From IMG/VR virus record IMGVR_UViG_2563366951_000006: a stretch of DNA of 47,886 bases. One strand, given 5' to 3'. The translations under genes and the position numbers were made by a program. This stretch comes from a virus. Its lineage: Duplodnaviria > Heunggongvirae > Uroviricota > Caudoviricetes. Below the pieces are notes generated by a model. It did no database searches. It was not told the DNA's origin and saw nothing but the letters and a program-made list of their open reading frames with translations. Below, piece after piece: positions 8,317 to 18,835 of this stretch. Each line of letters opens with the position of its first letter. The stretch's first letter is position 1.

Positions 8317-11300
8317 TTACGACCAACTACCAGTTCCGCGAGTCATTAATATTACAGACGGGCGCAAGTAGCTCCCATAGACGTTCGTATACTCCTCCTC
8401 AACGCTTATTGTTACGCTCGACGCTGTCTTTCCTTTCACTGCTAAAGGTATGGTTACATCCATGCCAGGACCATTAGCAGCTCGCTCAATGCTCCTTGTA
8501 ATTGATGTCCCCCCTATGTTAGCAGTCACAATTATACGACTTGCCTGATTTGATGTATATGCAGTTAAACTATAACTTAATAGCAACACAAAGTCTTTAG
8601 ATAATGCTGAACCGGATGAGTCTTTGAAAGTTTTTGTCCAGGTTCTTGAACTTGTAGTTTGTGTGTTTGGTATTGCAGACTCAGCAATGACACACATATT
8701 CGCAACATCACCCACAAAACTGGTAGCTTCCACATTCCCTTTGAATTTACCGCTTGTTGCTTGGATCTCACCAGTAAAGCTACCGCCACTAGCATATACT
8801 ACACCTCTGACGGTCACATTGTTGAATTCAGCATCTCCAGCTTTATTCAACTTCCAACCAGCAGAACCAGCTGCATAGTTGTTGGACTGGATATAGTTGC
8901 CGATTTTGGCGTTCTCAATGGTGCCGTCCTGGATGAAGCTGGCCCGGATGAATGTCTGCCCGTTCTGGATCACGAACGGCAAAGCTACGCTATTTCCGGC
9001 TGCCGTGGTGACGGCGAAGCGGTCAGCCAGGAAGATAACCTGCGACTGCATCCCGGACGGCGTATTCTCAACGCCGATCCCCATCCCCGCAGCGTAATAC
9101 TGCCCGTTGCTGGAGACACCAACCTTGATGTTGTACATCGCGCTGAGTTCGCCATTAACGTTGGCTATAGCCTGAGCGTTAGTGGTGATGGCGGAGGTAT
9201 GCCCGTTCACGGTCGCCGTGATGCTGTCTATCTGCGTGGCGGTGGCCTGCTGATAGTCGGAGAGCGTCTGATTCAGGCTGTTGATGGATGCCTTGTTGCC
9301 GTTGACATCCGTCTGCAGGCTCAGCAGAGAGCGCGCCGTTGCCTCCTTCTCGTTAACGATTACCTCATCAATACGATCCAGCTGCGCACTGTTACCGGCG
9401 ACCGTCGCGGAAAGCCTTTTGCGTGTGGCCACCTGCGCCAGCCCGTTCTGGATAATGGCAATGGCTGAGTTCTTAACCCCGCCCGTCATGCCGTCCATCG
9501 ACACAGAAATCTCGTCGATCTTCACTTCGGCCTGAGCCAGCCCGTCAGCGTTCTCCAGGATGTCTTTCGCCTGCTGCTCGAGTTCGTCGGCATGGTTTTT
9601 AATTTCGTCAGCCATGCCAGCAATTTTTTCATTGCTGTCCACAGCGTTCTCGATCATGTCTTTGAACGTATCGGAGCCTTTCATGTCCTCCAGGATCACA
9701 TCTGTGATGTCGGAAACATCGATGCTGGCCTGTCCTCGCACCCATTCTGTGTACCCTGATTCGTTGCCGCTGCGGTCCACCAGCTGAGCGCGGTACCAGA
9801 AAATCTGCCCAGCCTTGAGGCCCATCTGCTGATATTTGCGCTGCGGATAAGGCACATCGGCCAGCAGCATCGCATCGTCCTCGGTTCCGGTCAGGCTGTA
9901 CTGAATTTCCGTCTTCAGCGTGTCGTCGGTATTCGCCGGGAATCCCCAGTTCAGCTCGATGCCGAAATCCACATTTTCAGAAGCGATGAAGCCAACCGGC
10001 TTCGGTGGATTGCCCACTTTACCCGTAAGATTTACTTCTGGTGATGTCGCCCACACTGATGAAACGTCGCTGGCGTTCACCGCCCTGACGCGGACCAGAT
10101 AGCGACCCGAGTAGATACCCTGCACTTCAAAGCCGAGAGAAGACGTTCGTGGCACACTAATCCAGTTGCCGCTGTCACGCCGCCATTCCGCCTCGTACGC
10201 AACTGCACCCTGAACAGCATCCCAGGCAACGCGCATGGTGGTAATCGCAATGTTCTGGTTAACCGTAGAGTAACTGTCTACGACGATATTTCCTGGGGGA
10301 GCCTGAACCCCTGGCGGAATGACACTGACTGGCCGCTCGTCCAGTCTTGCGCCGGTATCAACAGCGGAATAGATATCAGGGTTGTAAGTCGTCCCGGTGA
10401 CCTCGAAAGTACCGTCGTTGTTGTCCCGCGTTCCCGTAACACGGAAAAGCGCTATAAACAGATCGTCAGAGTCCACACCCCAGTTACATTCAGCCTCCGG
10501 CGTTTCGCTGTAGGGTGTGGTGACAGTGACTGTGTTTCCGTTAACGGCCTGGACGGTTCTGGCCTGAGCTGTGCCTGACGGAAGATTCAAAAACAGCCTG
10601 TTACCGGCTTTCACATCAGCAGCGCGATCGAGGGTTATGTTGCGGCCGTTAACCGCACTCACCCTGCCGCCGATAGTTCTTCCGGCCAGCTCGTTAGCAG
10701 CCACGCCGATCACCTCACCAACAGGGGGGACGTCCATGCCTGTGCTGAAGGTCACCACCTCGCCGATACCGTTGGTAAGCAGCGCCCAGCGCCCCCGCCG
10801 GTTTGCCTCTGACTGCCTGGTGCAGCCGATCGCAGTCATTTCGAGCTGACGATAATCGAAGCGCATGGCCAGATCGCTATCGTAAACAGGCTCAGGCGTA
10901 TCTTTGTAGTGGTTGGCAGGGTCTGACCAGTTCACCAGCGCGGCAGTGTTTCGGGTGGTTTCACTCGGGTCCGCAAAGGTAAATTTACCCTCAACTACGC
11001 TGGCGTGGTTATAGATATGCCACACATCGCGGGGCATATCAGCCAGGACATACATCTTATTGTCACCCCAGTACGTCATGCCGCGAAATATACCCGCCAG
11101 ATCACGAAGTACGGTCCAGGCGTCATTACGGTCCTGGATATAAACGTTGCAACGAAAACGCGGCTCCGTCCCGCTGCCGCCCTTGCCGTCTGGTACCAGC
11201 TGATCGCAATACTGGGCGATGCGATAAAGTTCCCACTTGTCTATCTGAGTCGCATCGATTCTTTGCCCCAGCCCGAAACGCTCGTTCAGAATGATGTCGT

Positions 11301-12171
11301 AATAAATCCAGGCTGGGTTATCCGTCCATGCCCATTTAAACACACCTTCCCATGTACCAGAGTAAGTGCGGGTTTCAGGATCGTAGGTATCAGGTACACG
11401 GATGATTCTCCCCTTCGGATTGCACACAACCTGAGGAATGCCATTAGGGAACTGCTTTGCGTCAAACTCTACATACAGCAGCGCTGTGTTAACGTAGCGA
11501 AGTTTGGCGTCAATAATTTCAGTTACAGCTACAACGCGCATGGTGTCCACGATATTCACGCTCGTGGAATCCGGCGTGATTCTGCGAACCCGTAACTGCC
11601 AGCCAGTCGAGGATTTTGGAAGGTTAACGCGGTGACTGCGCTCATAAAGCGACGTGGTTTTGTCATCGACAGCACCGTTAACCACCGTTTCATACGGCCC
11701 GCCATCTACCGACAGATCGATAGCATACTCGACGCGGGTGCCGACTTTGTCGCCGTTGTTTTTCTGGAGCAAGAGAGTTGGCCATCCCAGGCGAATTCGC
11801 AGCGCAGAGAGCTGCGTGTTGGATACCGCGCGCACGTACGGCACAGCCTGTTTCAGCTCGTATGAAACCTGAAGTTCGTTTTCAATGCCGGGGAAGCCCT
11901 GAATGTAGTCCTGGTCCTGAGTACCGGAACGGAACTCATATTTCACATTATTGAAGTTATAACTTCCGTCGGCGTTCTGAAGAGGCGTGTACGAAGATGA
12001 GTCACCAAGAAAAATGTTTTTACCATCAAGCCCGCCAGCGAACTCACCCTCTCCAAGCGCAATCAGCACCTTTGCCCTTGCAATGGACTGAATGCTGTCC
12101 GGTGCTTCAACGGGTGTTCGGGTCTGATTGCTGCCACCTTTACCGCGGCCTTTGATGATCGTCGTCGTCAT
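8317..12171 (-). CDS. Host specificity / central tail fibre protein (lambda J family)
   Basis: 1284 aa; conserved lambda J blocks (NTALLYVEFDAKQF, YCDQLVPDGKGGSGTEPRF). Confidence 0.95.
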   Translation of the reverse strand: MTTTIIKGRGKGGSNQTRTPVEAPDSIQSIARAKVLIALGEGEFAGGLDGKNIFLGDSSSYTPLQNADGSYNFNNVKYEFRSGTQDQDYIQGFPGIENELQVSYELKQAVPYVRAVSNTQLSALRIRLGWPTLLLQKNNGDKVGTRVEYAIDLSVDGGPYETVVNGAVDDKTTSLYERSHRVNLPKSSTGWQLRVRRITPDSTSVNIVDTMRVVAVTEIIDAKLRYVNTALLYVEFDAKQFPNGIPQVVCNPKGRIIRVPDTYDPETRTYSGTWEGVFKWAWTDNPAWIYYDIILNERFGLGQRIDATQIDKWELYRIAQYCDQLVPDGKGGSGTEPRFRCNVYIQDRNDAWTVLRDLAGIFRGMTYWGDNKMYVLADMPRDVWHIYNHASVVEGKFTFADPSETTRNTAALVNWSDPANHYKDTPEPVYDSDLAMRFDYRQLEMTAIGCTRQSEANRRGRWALLTNGIGEVVTFSTGMDVPPVGEVIGVAANELAGRTIGGRVSAVNGRNITLDRAADVKAGNRLFLNLPSGTAQARTVQAVNGNTVTVTTPYSETPEAECNWGVDSDDLFIALFRVTGTRDNNDGTFEVTGTTYNPDIYSAVDTGARLDERPVSVIPPGVQAPPGNIVVDSYSTVNQNIAITTMRVAWDAVQGAVAYEAEWRRDSGNWISVPRTSSLGFEVQGIYSGRYLVRVRAVNASDVSSVWATSPEVNLTGKVGNPPKPVGFIASENVDFGIELNWGFPANTDDTLKTEIQYSLTGTEDDAMLLADVPYPQRKYQQMGLKAGQIFWYRAQLVDRSGNESGYTEWVRGQASIDVSDITDVILEDMKGSDTFKDMIENAVDSNEKIAGMADEIKNHADELEQQAKDILENADGLAQAEVKIDEISVSMDGMTGGVKNSAIAIIQNGLAQVATRKRLSATVAGNSAQLDRIDEVIVNEKEATARSLLSLQTDVNGNKASINSLNQTLSDYQQATATQIDSITATVNGHTSAITTNAQAIANVNGELSAMYNIKVGVSSNGQYYAAGMGIGVENTPSGMQSQVIFLADRFAVTTAAGNSVALPFVIQNGQTFIRASFIQDGTIENAKIGNYIQSNNYAAGSAGWKLNKAGDAEFNNVTVRGVVYASGGSFTGEIQATSGKFKGNVEATSFVGDVANMCVIAESAIPNTQTTSSRTWTKTFKDSSGSALSKDFVLLLSYSLTAYTSNQASRIIVTANIGGTSITRSIERAANGPGMDVTIPLAVKGKTASSVTISVEEEYTNVYGSYLRPSVILMTRGTGSWS

Positions 12172-12224
12172 ATCGCGTCCATAAAAGAAGCCACCGTCAG
12201 GTGGCTTGAAATGGGTAGTTTGGT

Positions 12225-12812
12225 TTATTGCTGATCTTCTGCATAAATCCCGGCTGAGATAATCGCACCGCCTATTTCCCTCTGTCCGTAAAGCAAAGGA
12301 ACGGGGTTACCGGATGCCGTAGTATTGACGGGTCCGCCAAACGCATAGGAAGGCTTATTATCTGGGTCCTGTCGCATCCTCAGACCAGCAACCTGAGGGG
12401 AAAGCATTTGCACTACACCACCCACAGCCATAGAACCAGCTGCGGCATATAGCGCCATTTGTGTACCTGCTGCCCATCCTATTGGGTTCCACCAGGTAAA
12501 AGCCGCAATTGCGGCGGCAGTAACAATTTGAAAGAGGCCCGCCCTTTTACTGCCGCGTATTACAGGGATAATGCGAAGTTCATCGCCAGGTCCAAGAAGA
12601 TCAAACTCTTCCTTTCCTATGTTTATTTGGTTTCGGAAGATGACAAAGTCCAGCCCCTTCGCTCTGGTCTCACGCAGGTAGGCATCAAATCCATCAATTG
12701 TGTTAGATAGCGCCCTGAATACCTCACTGGCAGACGTTAACGCGCGGCGGTGGGTCCTGCCAAATCGCTGAGCCATTGAACCACTGAGTTTAATGACGGT
12801 TTTTCTTTCCAT
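12225..12812 (-). CDS. Tail assembly protein (lambda I family)
   Basis: 195 aa; position and hydrophobic C-terminus as in lambda I. Confidence 0.8.
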   Translation of the reverse strand: MERKTVIKLSGSMAQRFGRTHRRALTSASEVFRALSNTIDGFDAYLRETRAKGLDFVIFRNQINIGKEEFDLLGPGDELRIIPVIRGSKRAGLFQIVTAAAIAAFTWWNPIGWAAGTQMALYAAAGSMAVGGVVQMLSPQVAGLRMRQDPDNKPSYAFGGPVNTTASGNPVPLLYGQREIGGAIISAGIYAEDQQ

Positions 12813-13522
12813 TACATCAAATCCTTATAGCGCAGAATTTTGATGGTACGGTCACGATAATAGCCACCGTATGGAATGCGCTGACTTAGCTGGCCATACA
12901 TGTGGTGAAGGAGCACATTACCCTCAAGCAAAATACCCGCGTGGTTTGGGACTGCGGACTGTACCTGCATGATCACCATGTCACCTGGCTGGGAAGGCCC
13001 GTCGAACTCCCTGAATCCACACTCATACCAGTTGTCCATGTAGAGGTTTTCGCCCTGCTCCCACCAGTGACGATCCACGCTGTAATTCGGTAACGTAATA
13101 CCGTGCTCAGTACGGAAGTAATCCATGATGAGAGACCAGCAGTCGGCGTGACCGAGCACAAACTGGCGACCAGTTAACGGGCGATCACCACGAGGCATGA
13201 CGGTACGAATATCCCCTTCAGGCCAGGATGCAATTACCCAGGGCAATTCAGTGGCATCGCACATCAGCATGTCGAGTTCACTGGGCTGGGTTGTCGCGCC
13301 GTCACCAGGATGGCTGTGCACGATAGCAACTACTGTGCCCTGCTCTTCAGCCGCTGCATAATCTTCAGGAGACAATTCAAACTGCTCAGTCGGGGATTCA
13401 GCCTGATTTCTGCAAGGGATGTATTTCTCTACTCGCCCCTTCTGTATGACAACGCCACAGCATTCGTCTGGACACGATGCGGCCGCGTGCGCCAGAATGG
13501 CGCTAACTGTTTTGTCGCGCAT
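12812..13522 (-). CDS. Tail assembly protein (lambda K family, MPN/NlpC-P60)
   Basis: HSHPGDGATTQPSELD (JAB/MPN motif) plus a Cys-His peptidase-like C-terminal region. Confidence 0.88.
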   Translation of the reverse strand: MRDKTVSAILAHAAASCPDECCGVVIQKGRVEKYIPCRNQAESPTEQFELSPEDYAAAEEQGTVVAIVHSHPGDGATTQPSELDMLMCDATELPWVIASWPEGDIRTVMPRGDRPLTGRQFVLGHADCWSLIMDYFRTEHGITLPNYSVDRHWWEQGENLYMDNWYECGFREFDGPSQPGDMVIMQVQSAVPNHAGILLEGNVLLHHMYGQLSQRIPYGGYYRDRTIKILRYKDLM

Positions 13523-13524
13523 GA

Positions 13525-14283
13525 TTATCCTCTCAGAAGTGAAGCCCCGGGGAACCCGCCATAATCCAGCTGCTCATTCTCTCCGAAACGAGGTTTGCAG
13601 CCCGTTGACAGCAGTCCGGAGCAAACATCCTGTGAAGGATCGTCCACACGGTTGCCGTCTTTATCGAACCAGCCGTTTTGCCCGGCGTAGGTGCAGCCGT
13701 TCCCGGTTTTGTACCAGCCCCGCATGCACCACGTGCACATTGGCTGAATTTGCCGGGTCGGAATAAGTTGCCCGCGCAGATCGGCTGGACTGGAAAGCTC
13801 AAACTCTACGGTTTCATCGTCTGACCCTGATTTACGGTCAATGTAATAAACCTGTTTGCGCTCCTCGTTGGGATTCGCAGTCGGGTTCCCGCCAGGAAAA
13901 TTTCTTGCGTCCAGGTAGTGTGCAAAGGTGTCATGGATGATCACCTTTGCTTTAGCCATCCCCTGAAATCTTCGGCACAGCGCGCCAATCGTGCCGCTGA
14001 TGTTTGCCACGGTGAGAGACGGCCGTGAACTCTGCCCGTCACTGCTGACAGATATGCCGGTCAGTTCATACGGCCACGCGCCATACTCCTGCCCCTGCCA
14101 CCACACCGACTTCGGCTCAAGTTTTGACTCGTCGCCGCCTGCGGCGATGATTTCCGCCTCGGTATGCGGGATTGTCTCGTTGTGAAAGCGAAGAATACCC
14201 GCACCGAACGCTGAGCCGTCCACCTCGATCAGGCGGACGCGCTTACCCGGTTCCAGTTTCTGGACATCAGATGAAATACTCAT
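13525..14283 (-). CDS. Minor tail protein (lambda L family)
   Basis: Similar to lambda L (TCTWCMRGWYKTGNGCTYAG... cysteine cluster); start chosen at internal ATG 14283. Confidence 0.85.
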   Translation of the reverse strand: MSISSDVQKLEPGKRVRLIEVDGSAFGAGILRFHNETIPHTEAEIIAAGGDESKLEPKSVWWQGQEYGAWPYELTGISVSSDGQSSRPSLTVANISGTIGALCRRFQGMAKAKVIIHDTFAHYLDARNFPGGNPTANPNEERKQVYYIDRKSGSDDETVEFELSSPADLRGQLIPTRQIQPMCTWCMRGWYKTGNGCTYAGQNGWFDKDGNRVDDPSQDVCSGLLSTGCKPRFGENEQLDYGGFPGASLLRG

Positions 14284-14618
14284 GGATGGTATGCCTGTAT
14301 GAATGTGCTGCTGAGGGTGTATTTTTTGTTGCCGTGGGTAGATATCTGGAAGGATTCCGCGCGCCATAAACATGAAGGCTCAAGCGGCGGCTTCCAGATA
14401 AATGACTTCCACCCGGCATGTCTGTTGAGAAAGTTTTTAATGGCCTGAATGTAAGCCTCGTCACCGGTAAAGCTCACGCTCCACTGAGGTGTTACCGGGT
14501 TGATACCGTCTCCGGCCACCTGCGCATAGCCATCGCCAAACTGTGCCTTTCGGGTACGAAAATTTGTATCAACCTGAGAGGCAACCTTTGGGCACCAGCT
14601 GAAGGTTTCGACTGCCAT
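14280..14618 (-). CDS. Minor tail protein (lambda M family)
   Basis: FGDGYAQVAGDGINP...GWKSFIWKPP resembles lambda M; ATG at 14618 directly after the tape-measure stop. Confidence 0.85.
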   Translation of the reverse strand: MAVETFSWCPKVASQVDTNFRTRKAQFGDGYAQVAGDGINPVTPQWSVSFTGDEAYIQAIKNFLNRHAGWKSFIWKPPLEPSCLWRAESFQISTHGNKKYTLSSTFIQAYHP

Positions 14619-14620
14619 GG

Positions 14621-17600
14621 TTAAACCCCCTTGATTAAACGCCACAGAGGCGATCCAGGCATGCTGGCCTGTTCGTTAATGACGCCAGTGATGGCATCCT
14701 TAAGCTGCCAGCCTGCTGCTCCGGCAGTACCATGACTGGACGCCTGTGGAGATCCGCCCTGAATATTGATATCGCCGAAGTTAACTGAAGGCACGCCGCC
14801 AGAGACCTGCGGCATCCCTACTGCGCGAACAGCAAGATCACCATTAGGTGCCCGCGTGAGTGGCATAATGGCTTCAGGACCTGCCTCGCCGAAAATCCCC
14901 GCACCTTTGGCAAAAGCAAACAGCTGAGGCGTCTGAAAAACGCCATTGCTGTATGCGCTCAGGGATGGGGAGTCGTAAACATTACCTTTGGCATTAAAGG
15001 TGAAGTTAGCACCAGCATTCTGAATAGCGGTACCGCTACTGGCGGTCGCTGCCGAAGATGCGCCGAAACTGAAGAGAGAACCAATCGAACTGACGCCGTT
15101 GGCAACAGCCATATTGACCAGAACATTCTGGATGATCTTCAGTACACTAACGCCCCAGTCTTTCCAGCTGTCGACGTTACCGTTAAGCATGTCAGTAATG
15201 GTGGTAACCGCCCCGCCCATAGCCTGCTTCATGCCATCTGCCGCCATAGAGGAATAATCCGTCGCCTCATCCACCCAGTTTGCATAGCCTTCAGACAAGC
15301 CCGTCATCCAGTCGTCACGCTGCGCATCAGAAGCTGCGTAATATCCCTCCTGGTCGCGCAGGCGCTCTTCGAGGTAGCGCTTATTAAGTGCCAGCCCCTG
15401 CTGATAGAACGTCTCGTCGATTTCACCAGCCTGACGCTGGCGGAGAAGATCGGTATTCTTTTGCTCAAACTCCTTACGAAGATTGAACTGCTCCTGAAGT
15501 CTTTCACGGAACCGGGAGCCCTGCCCGTATCCCAGCAGTTGCGCTTCATTGGCTGCGCGGGCGCTGGCGTTACTGTCGGCAAGGTTGGCTTCGTAATTTC
15601 GCAGTTGCTCACGTAATTTAACCTGGTCAATCAGCGCAGCATTCTGCAATACCGTCTTTTTCTGGGCTTCTGTCAGAGAAGCAAGTTCGCCCTGGCTGAC
15701 CTGGTATTTAACCTTCGCCAGTTCAGTATTCTGGCCTTGCAGGGCAATCTGCTCTTTTTGCTGCTTGATAAGGCGCTTATACACATCCTCGGTTTTCTCG
15801 CCTTCGGTTTTACCGCCCTTCGCCTTAGGTTTGTTGGCCTCATTATTCCGCCATTCAGCAAGGCCGTTATTAATCAACTCCTGACGGCCTGTCTGGAATT
15901 GCGGATCACTGGTTAACCCCAGGTCATCGGCTGCATAACTCAGACGCAGGCGCTCTTTTGCTTCACCCTTCAGGCGTGACAACTCCAGATCCCGGCGGCT
16001 CTTTTCGAGGGCATCGGTTTGCTTTTTGTCGAGATCGGCCTGCGGAAGTCTGAGCGGGACGTTAGCCAGCCCCTGGCGCGCCATAAGGAGCTGGTTACCC
16101 AGGCCGAGTAATCGATTAAGTTCATCGTGCTGCCCATTCATCAACAGAAGTGATTGATAAGCCCGGTTCTGATTCGCTGCCTCCTCCCGAATTAGCGTCA
16201 CACGCCGATGCTCAAGACCTTCAAGAACCTGTTGGATAGACGCAGATTTCTCCTGCATCTGGGCAAGCCTTTCCTGCTCAACAGATAACTGTTCAGTGAC
16301 TGTAGTCAGTCCACGGGTCACGGTATCCAAAGATGTCAGGTGGTTAATCATGAAACCACCACTGGTCGTTGGACCGGGATTACTGATCACTGACTGATAA
16401 CCAGCCATCTGCTCTTTCAGATTTTCTATCTTGCTCTTTTGTTCATCTATCAGCCTGTTCTGCTCATTCAATGCTGCGCGCGTTTTCTCAGCATTGTCTG
16501 AAGCTTCAGGCAAAGACATTGCCTTCGACTTTTTACTGACTTCATCAATCGTGGTGGCGTATTCCTGCGCCGAACGACGGGCCTGCTCCTGATTTTGATA
16601 GACCGCATACCAGGCACCAGCACCCAACATGACCAAACCCGGTATTCCGCCGATGAGACCAAGTGCACCACTCATCAGGCGAGTACCAACTGATGTTACA
16701 TTGTTGAGATTTCGCTGGGTGGAGACGCGATTTGCCAGATTCCTGTCTCTGGCTGCCTCCGCAGAAGCCAGCCGTCTTTCAGCAATAGCCTGAGCGTCGG
16801 CATTTTTTGCAGCCACCAGCCCTGCCTGCGCACGCTCAAGCGCAGTTCTGGCCCTGACTTTTTCTGTGGCGGAGCCACTTGCAAGAGCAGTGGTCAGCCT
16901 GGCTTGAGCTGCTGTGACTTTGGCTTCCGCTGCCGCAATTTTTTCTTGCTGAGCGGCCTGAACATCTGCACTTCGCGATCTTTGAACAGCTTGCTGGGCT
17001 CGATAAACTTCTGCCCTTGAAGCTGCAACAGCAGACTGAGCCGCTTTATCCTGCGCGACAGCAAGGGCAACCTCTGATTTCGCAGCTGAAATTAGCGCAC
17101 CTGTTGCGCTACTGGCGCTGGTTACAACTCCGCTGAGGTATCTTGCCAACCCAACACCAACAAGCGCCCCAGCGACTGTTGTAATTGTTGACATATTGTC
17201 AGCAACGTCATTCAGAGCGCCGCTCACTGCTGATGAAGTAAAAGAATCAAGCGTCTGGGCAACATTATCCAATCCGCCAGACAACGCATCAGTAGCACCG
17301 GTTGCCTGGTTTACACCGCCCACCCAGGCCATGAATGAGTTTGTGACTTTTTGCAGGGATCCGGAAACTGTTTGCGGCATGCTGGCAAACTCACCCTGTA
17401 ATGAGCCCAACTGGCTCATTAATGCAGGAACAACCTTATCAATCGTAAGTTGCCCCTGGTCAGCCATGCTCTTCAGGTCTTTGCGGGCCACGCCCATTCC
17501 GGCGGCAAGTGCGCGGATAACACGATCACCTGCTTCGTTAACGGCGTTGAATTCTTCACCTCGAAGAACGCCCTGCGCCAGAGCCTGGCTGAATTGAGTG

Positions 17601-18112
17601 ATAACAGAACTCGCTTCCTGAGTATTAGCCCCCGAAAGTTTAAGGCCGGTAGAAACAGCTTCGGTAATTTTCAGAACTTCGTCAGAGCTATACCCAAACT
17701 CACGCATTGAAGCAGCTGCGCGTGAAAAAAGGTTTGCGTTGTCTGAAAACGCGGTGCCAGTTCTTTGGCTGATTTCCATTAACTGGCGCTGAGAGGCAGC
17801 AAAATCATCAGCTGAAGATGATGCCTGCTTAAGACGGGCGTTTACTGAATTCCACTCATCAGCAATCTGCACGAGCTTACCAGTCGCAAAAGCGGCCGTA
17901 GCAGCAGCAGCGGCTCTTCCTGCCGATGCAAACCCAGCGGTCAGATCAGATAACGCCCTTTCGCTCTCTCGGGCGGCAGCGGCAGCCTGACGGCCACCAT
18001 TTTGCATGGTGCGGTAATAATCCTGCCCCATACGTGAAGCGCGGGAAATTTCCGTCTGGAATGATTGCGAGTTAGCGGAAATTTTGATTATTAACTCACG
18101 TAAAGTTGCCAT
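14621..18112 (-). CDS. Tail tape measure protein
   Basis: 1163 aa; Ala/Gln-rich coiled-coil composition; between G/T and M. Confidence 0.9.
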   Translation of the reverse strand: MATLRELIIKISANSQSFQTEISRASRMGQDYYRTMQNGGRQAAAAARESERALSDLTAGFASAGRAAAAATAAFATGKLVQIADEWNSVNARLKQASSSADDFAASQRQLMEISQRTGTAFSDNANLFSRAAASMREFGYSSDEVLKITEAVSTGLKLSGANTQEASSVITQFSQALAQGVLRGEEFNAVNEAGDRVIRALAAGMGVARKDLKSMADQGQLTIDKVVPALMSQLGSLQGEFASMPQTVSGSLQKVTNSFMAWVGGVNQATGATDALSGGLDNVAQTLDSFTSSAVSGALNDVADNMSTITTVAGALVGVGLARYLSGVVTSASSATGALISAAKSEVALAVAQDKAAQSAVAASRAEVYRAQQAVQRSRSADVQAAQQEKIAAAEAKVTAAQARLTTALASGSATEKVRARTALERAQAGLVAAKNADAQAIAERRLASAEAARDRNLANRVSTQRNLNNVTSVGTRLMSGALGLIGGIPGLVMLGAGAWYAVYQNQEQARRSAQEYATTIDEVSKKSKAMSLPEASDNAEKTRAALNEQNRLIDEQKSKIENLKEQMAGYQSVISNPGPTTSGGFMINHLTSLDTVTRGLTTVTEQLSVEQERLAQMQEKSASIQQVLEGLEHRRVTLIREEAANQNRAYQSLLLMNGQHDELNRLLGLGNQLLMARQGLANVPLRLPQADLDKKQTDALEKSRRDLELSRLKGEAKERLRLSYAADDLGLTSDPQFQTGRQELINNGLAEWRNNEANKPKAKGGKTEGEKTEDVYKRLIKQQKEQIALQGQNTELAKVKYQVSQGELASLTEAQKKTVLQNAALIDQVKLREQLRNYEANLADSNASARAANEAQLLGYGQGSRFRERLQEQFNLRKEFEQKNTDLLRQRQAGEIDETFYQQGLALNKRYLEERLRDQEGYYAASDAQRDDWMTGLSEGYANWVDEATDYSSMAADGMKQAMGGAVTTITDMLNGNVDSWKDWGVSVLKIIQNVLVNMAVANGVSSIGSLFSFGASSAATASSGTAIQNAGANFTFNAKGNVYDSPSLSAYSNGVFQTPQLFAFAKGAGIFGEAGPEAIMPLTRAPNGDLAVRAVGMPQVSGGVPSVNFGDINIQGGSPQASSHGTAGAAGWQLKDAITGVINEQASMPGSPLWRLIKGV

Positions 18113-18124
18113 TTAGTCTAACTC

Positions 18125-18153
18125 CAGACGTAAAAAAACCGCCGAAGCGGTTT
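18125..18153 (-). terminator. Rho-independent terminator downstream of the moron gene
   Basis: aaaaccgc-ttcg-gcggtttt stem-loop with flanking T tract on the minus strand. Confidence 0.55.
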
Positions 18154-18158
18154 TATTT

Positions 18159-18494
18159 TTATTGTTTCCAGACCTTTTGCCTGGCTTCTTCGAGGTATTC
18201 TTCATCAGTCTTAACCGGTGGGGAATCGACTGCTAAATCACTACCACAGTGCTTACATTTAATAGCTTCGCTTTTGATTAACTCTGCACAGAATGGGCAC
18301 TTCTTCATACCATCGTTTTCAATTAAGTCTTTTTCTTCTGCCGCAACATCCTTCTTTATTACCAAAGAATGTACAAAAGCAATTATAAATAGCAGAGCAC
18401 CATACACCCACCATGCAAAGAAAGATCTTCCTTTGCTTTGAGCAATTAAGGCTGGAATTAAGCCTATAACAATTGAAACTAGTAAAATTTCCAT
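18159..18494 (-). CDS. Membrane protein with C-terminal zinc ribbon (moron)
   Basis: Two N-terminal hydrophobic helices; CPFC...CKHC zinc ribbon; AT-rich; own terminator; inserted between G/T and tape measure. Confidence 0.6.
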   Translation of the reverse strand: MEILLVSIVIGLIPALIAQSKGRSFFAWWVYGALLFIIAFVHSLVIKKDVAAEEKDLIENDGMKKCPFCAELIKSEAIKCKHCGSDLAVDSPPVKTDEEYLEEARQKVWKQ

Positions 18495-18548
18495 TTTGGT
18501 TCCCCAGCATTATCAGTCTAAGAATCCTAATATTATCTGGGTCAAAAG

Positions 18549-18827
18549 TCACTGCGTCGCGGCAGTAAGTGCAGCCTCAAGCCCAGCAAACGGGTCCTTC
18601 GGTTCTGATTGCTCATCACCACCCCAGCGCAGGATCGCATCGTCCAGCGGTACTTTTGCCCCCTGCGAGCCGTAGATGGCAGAGACAATCTGCGCTGCAT
18701 GGATATCACCGCGAATATCGCCAACCGGGCTTTGCCTGTCGTACTCAATCCACATCAGAAGCTCGCTTGCCGTCATATTCTGCCGAAGCTCTGAGAGCGT
18801 GCGCCCCATCCGGAGCGCAAGCGACAT
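18549..18827 (-). CDS. Tail assembly chaperone, T portion (probable G-T frameshift product)
   Basis: ORF in a different phase overlapping the end of G, upstream of the tape measure, as in lambda G/GT. Confidence 0.6.
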   Translation of the reverse strand: MSLALRMGRTLSELRQNMTASELLMWIEYDRQSPVGDIRGDIHAAQIVSAIYGSQGAKVPLDDAILRWGGDEQSEPKDPFAGLEAALTAATQ

Positions 18828-18835
18828 CAGAAACT

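Noticed and set aside
8659-11595. Several long plus-strand ORFs (for example 8659..9468 and 11005..11595) inside the J gene
   Set aside because: They are antisense to a well-supported 1284-aa gene and have biased composition typical of shadow ORFs.
15304-17710. ORFs on both strands within the tape measure gene
   Set aside because: Overlapping or antisense frames within a continuous 1163-aa gene; no independent signals.
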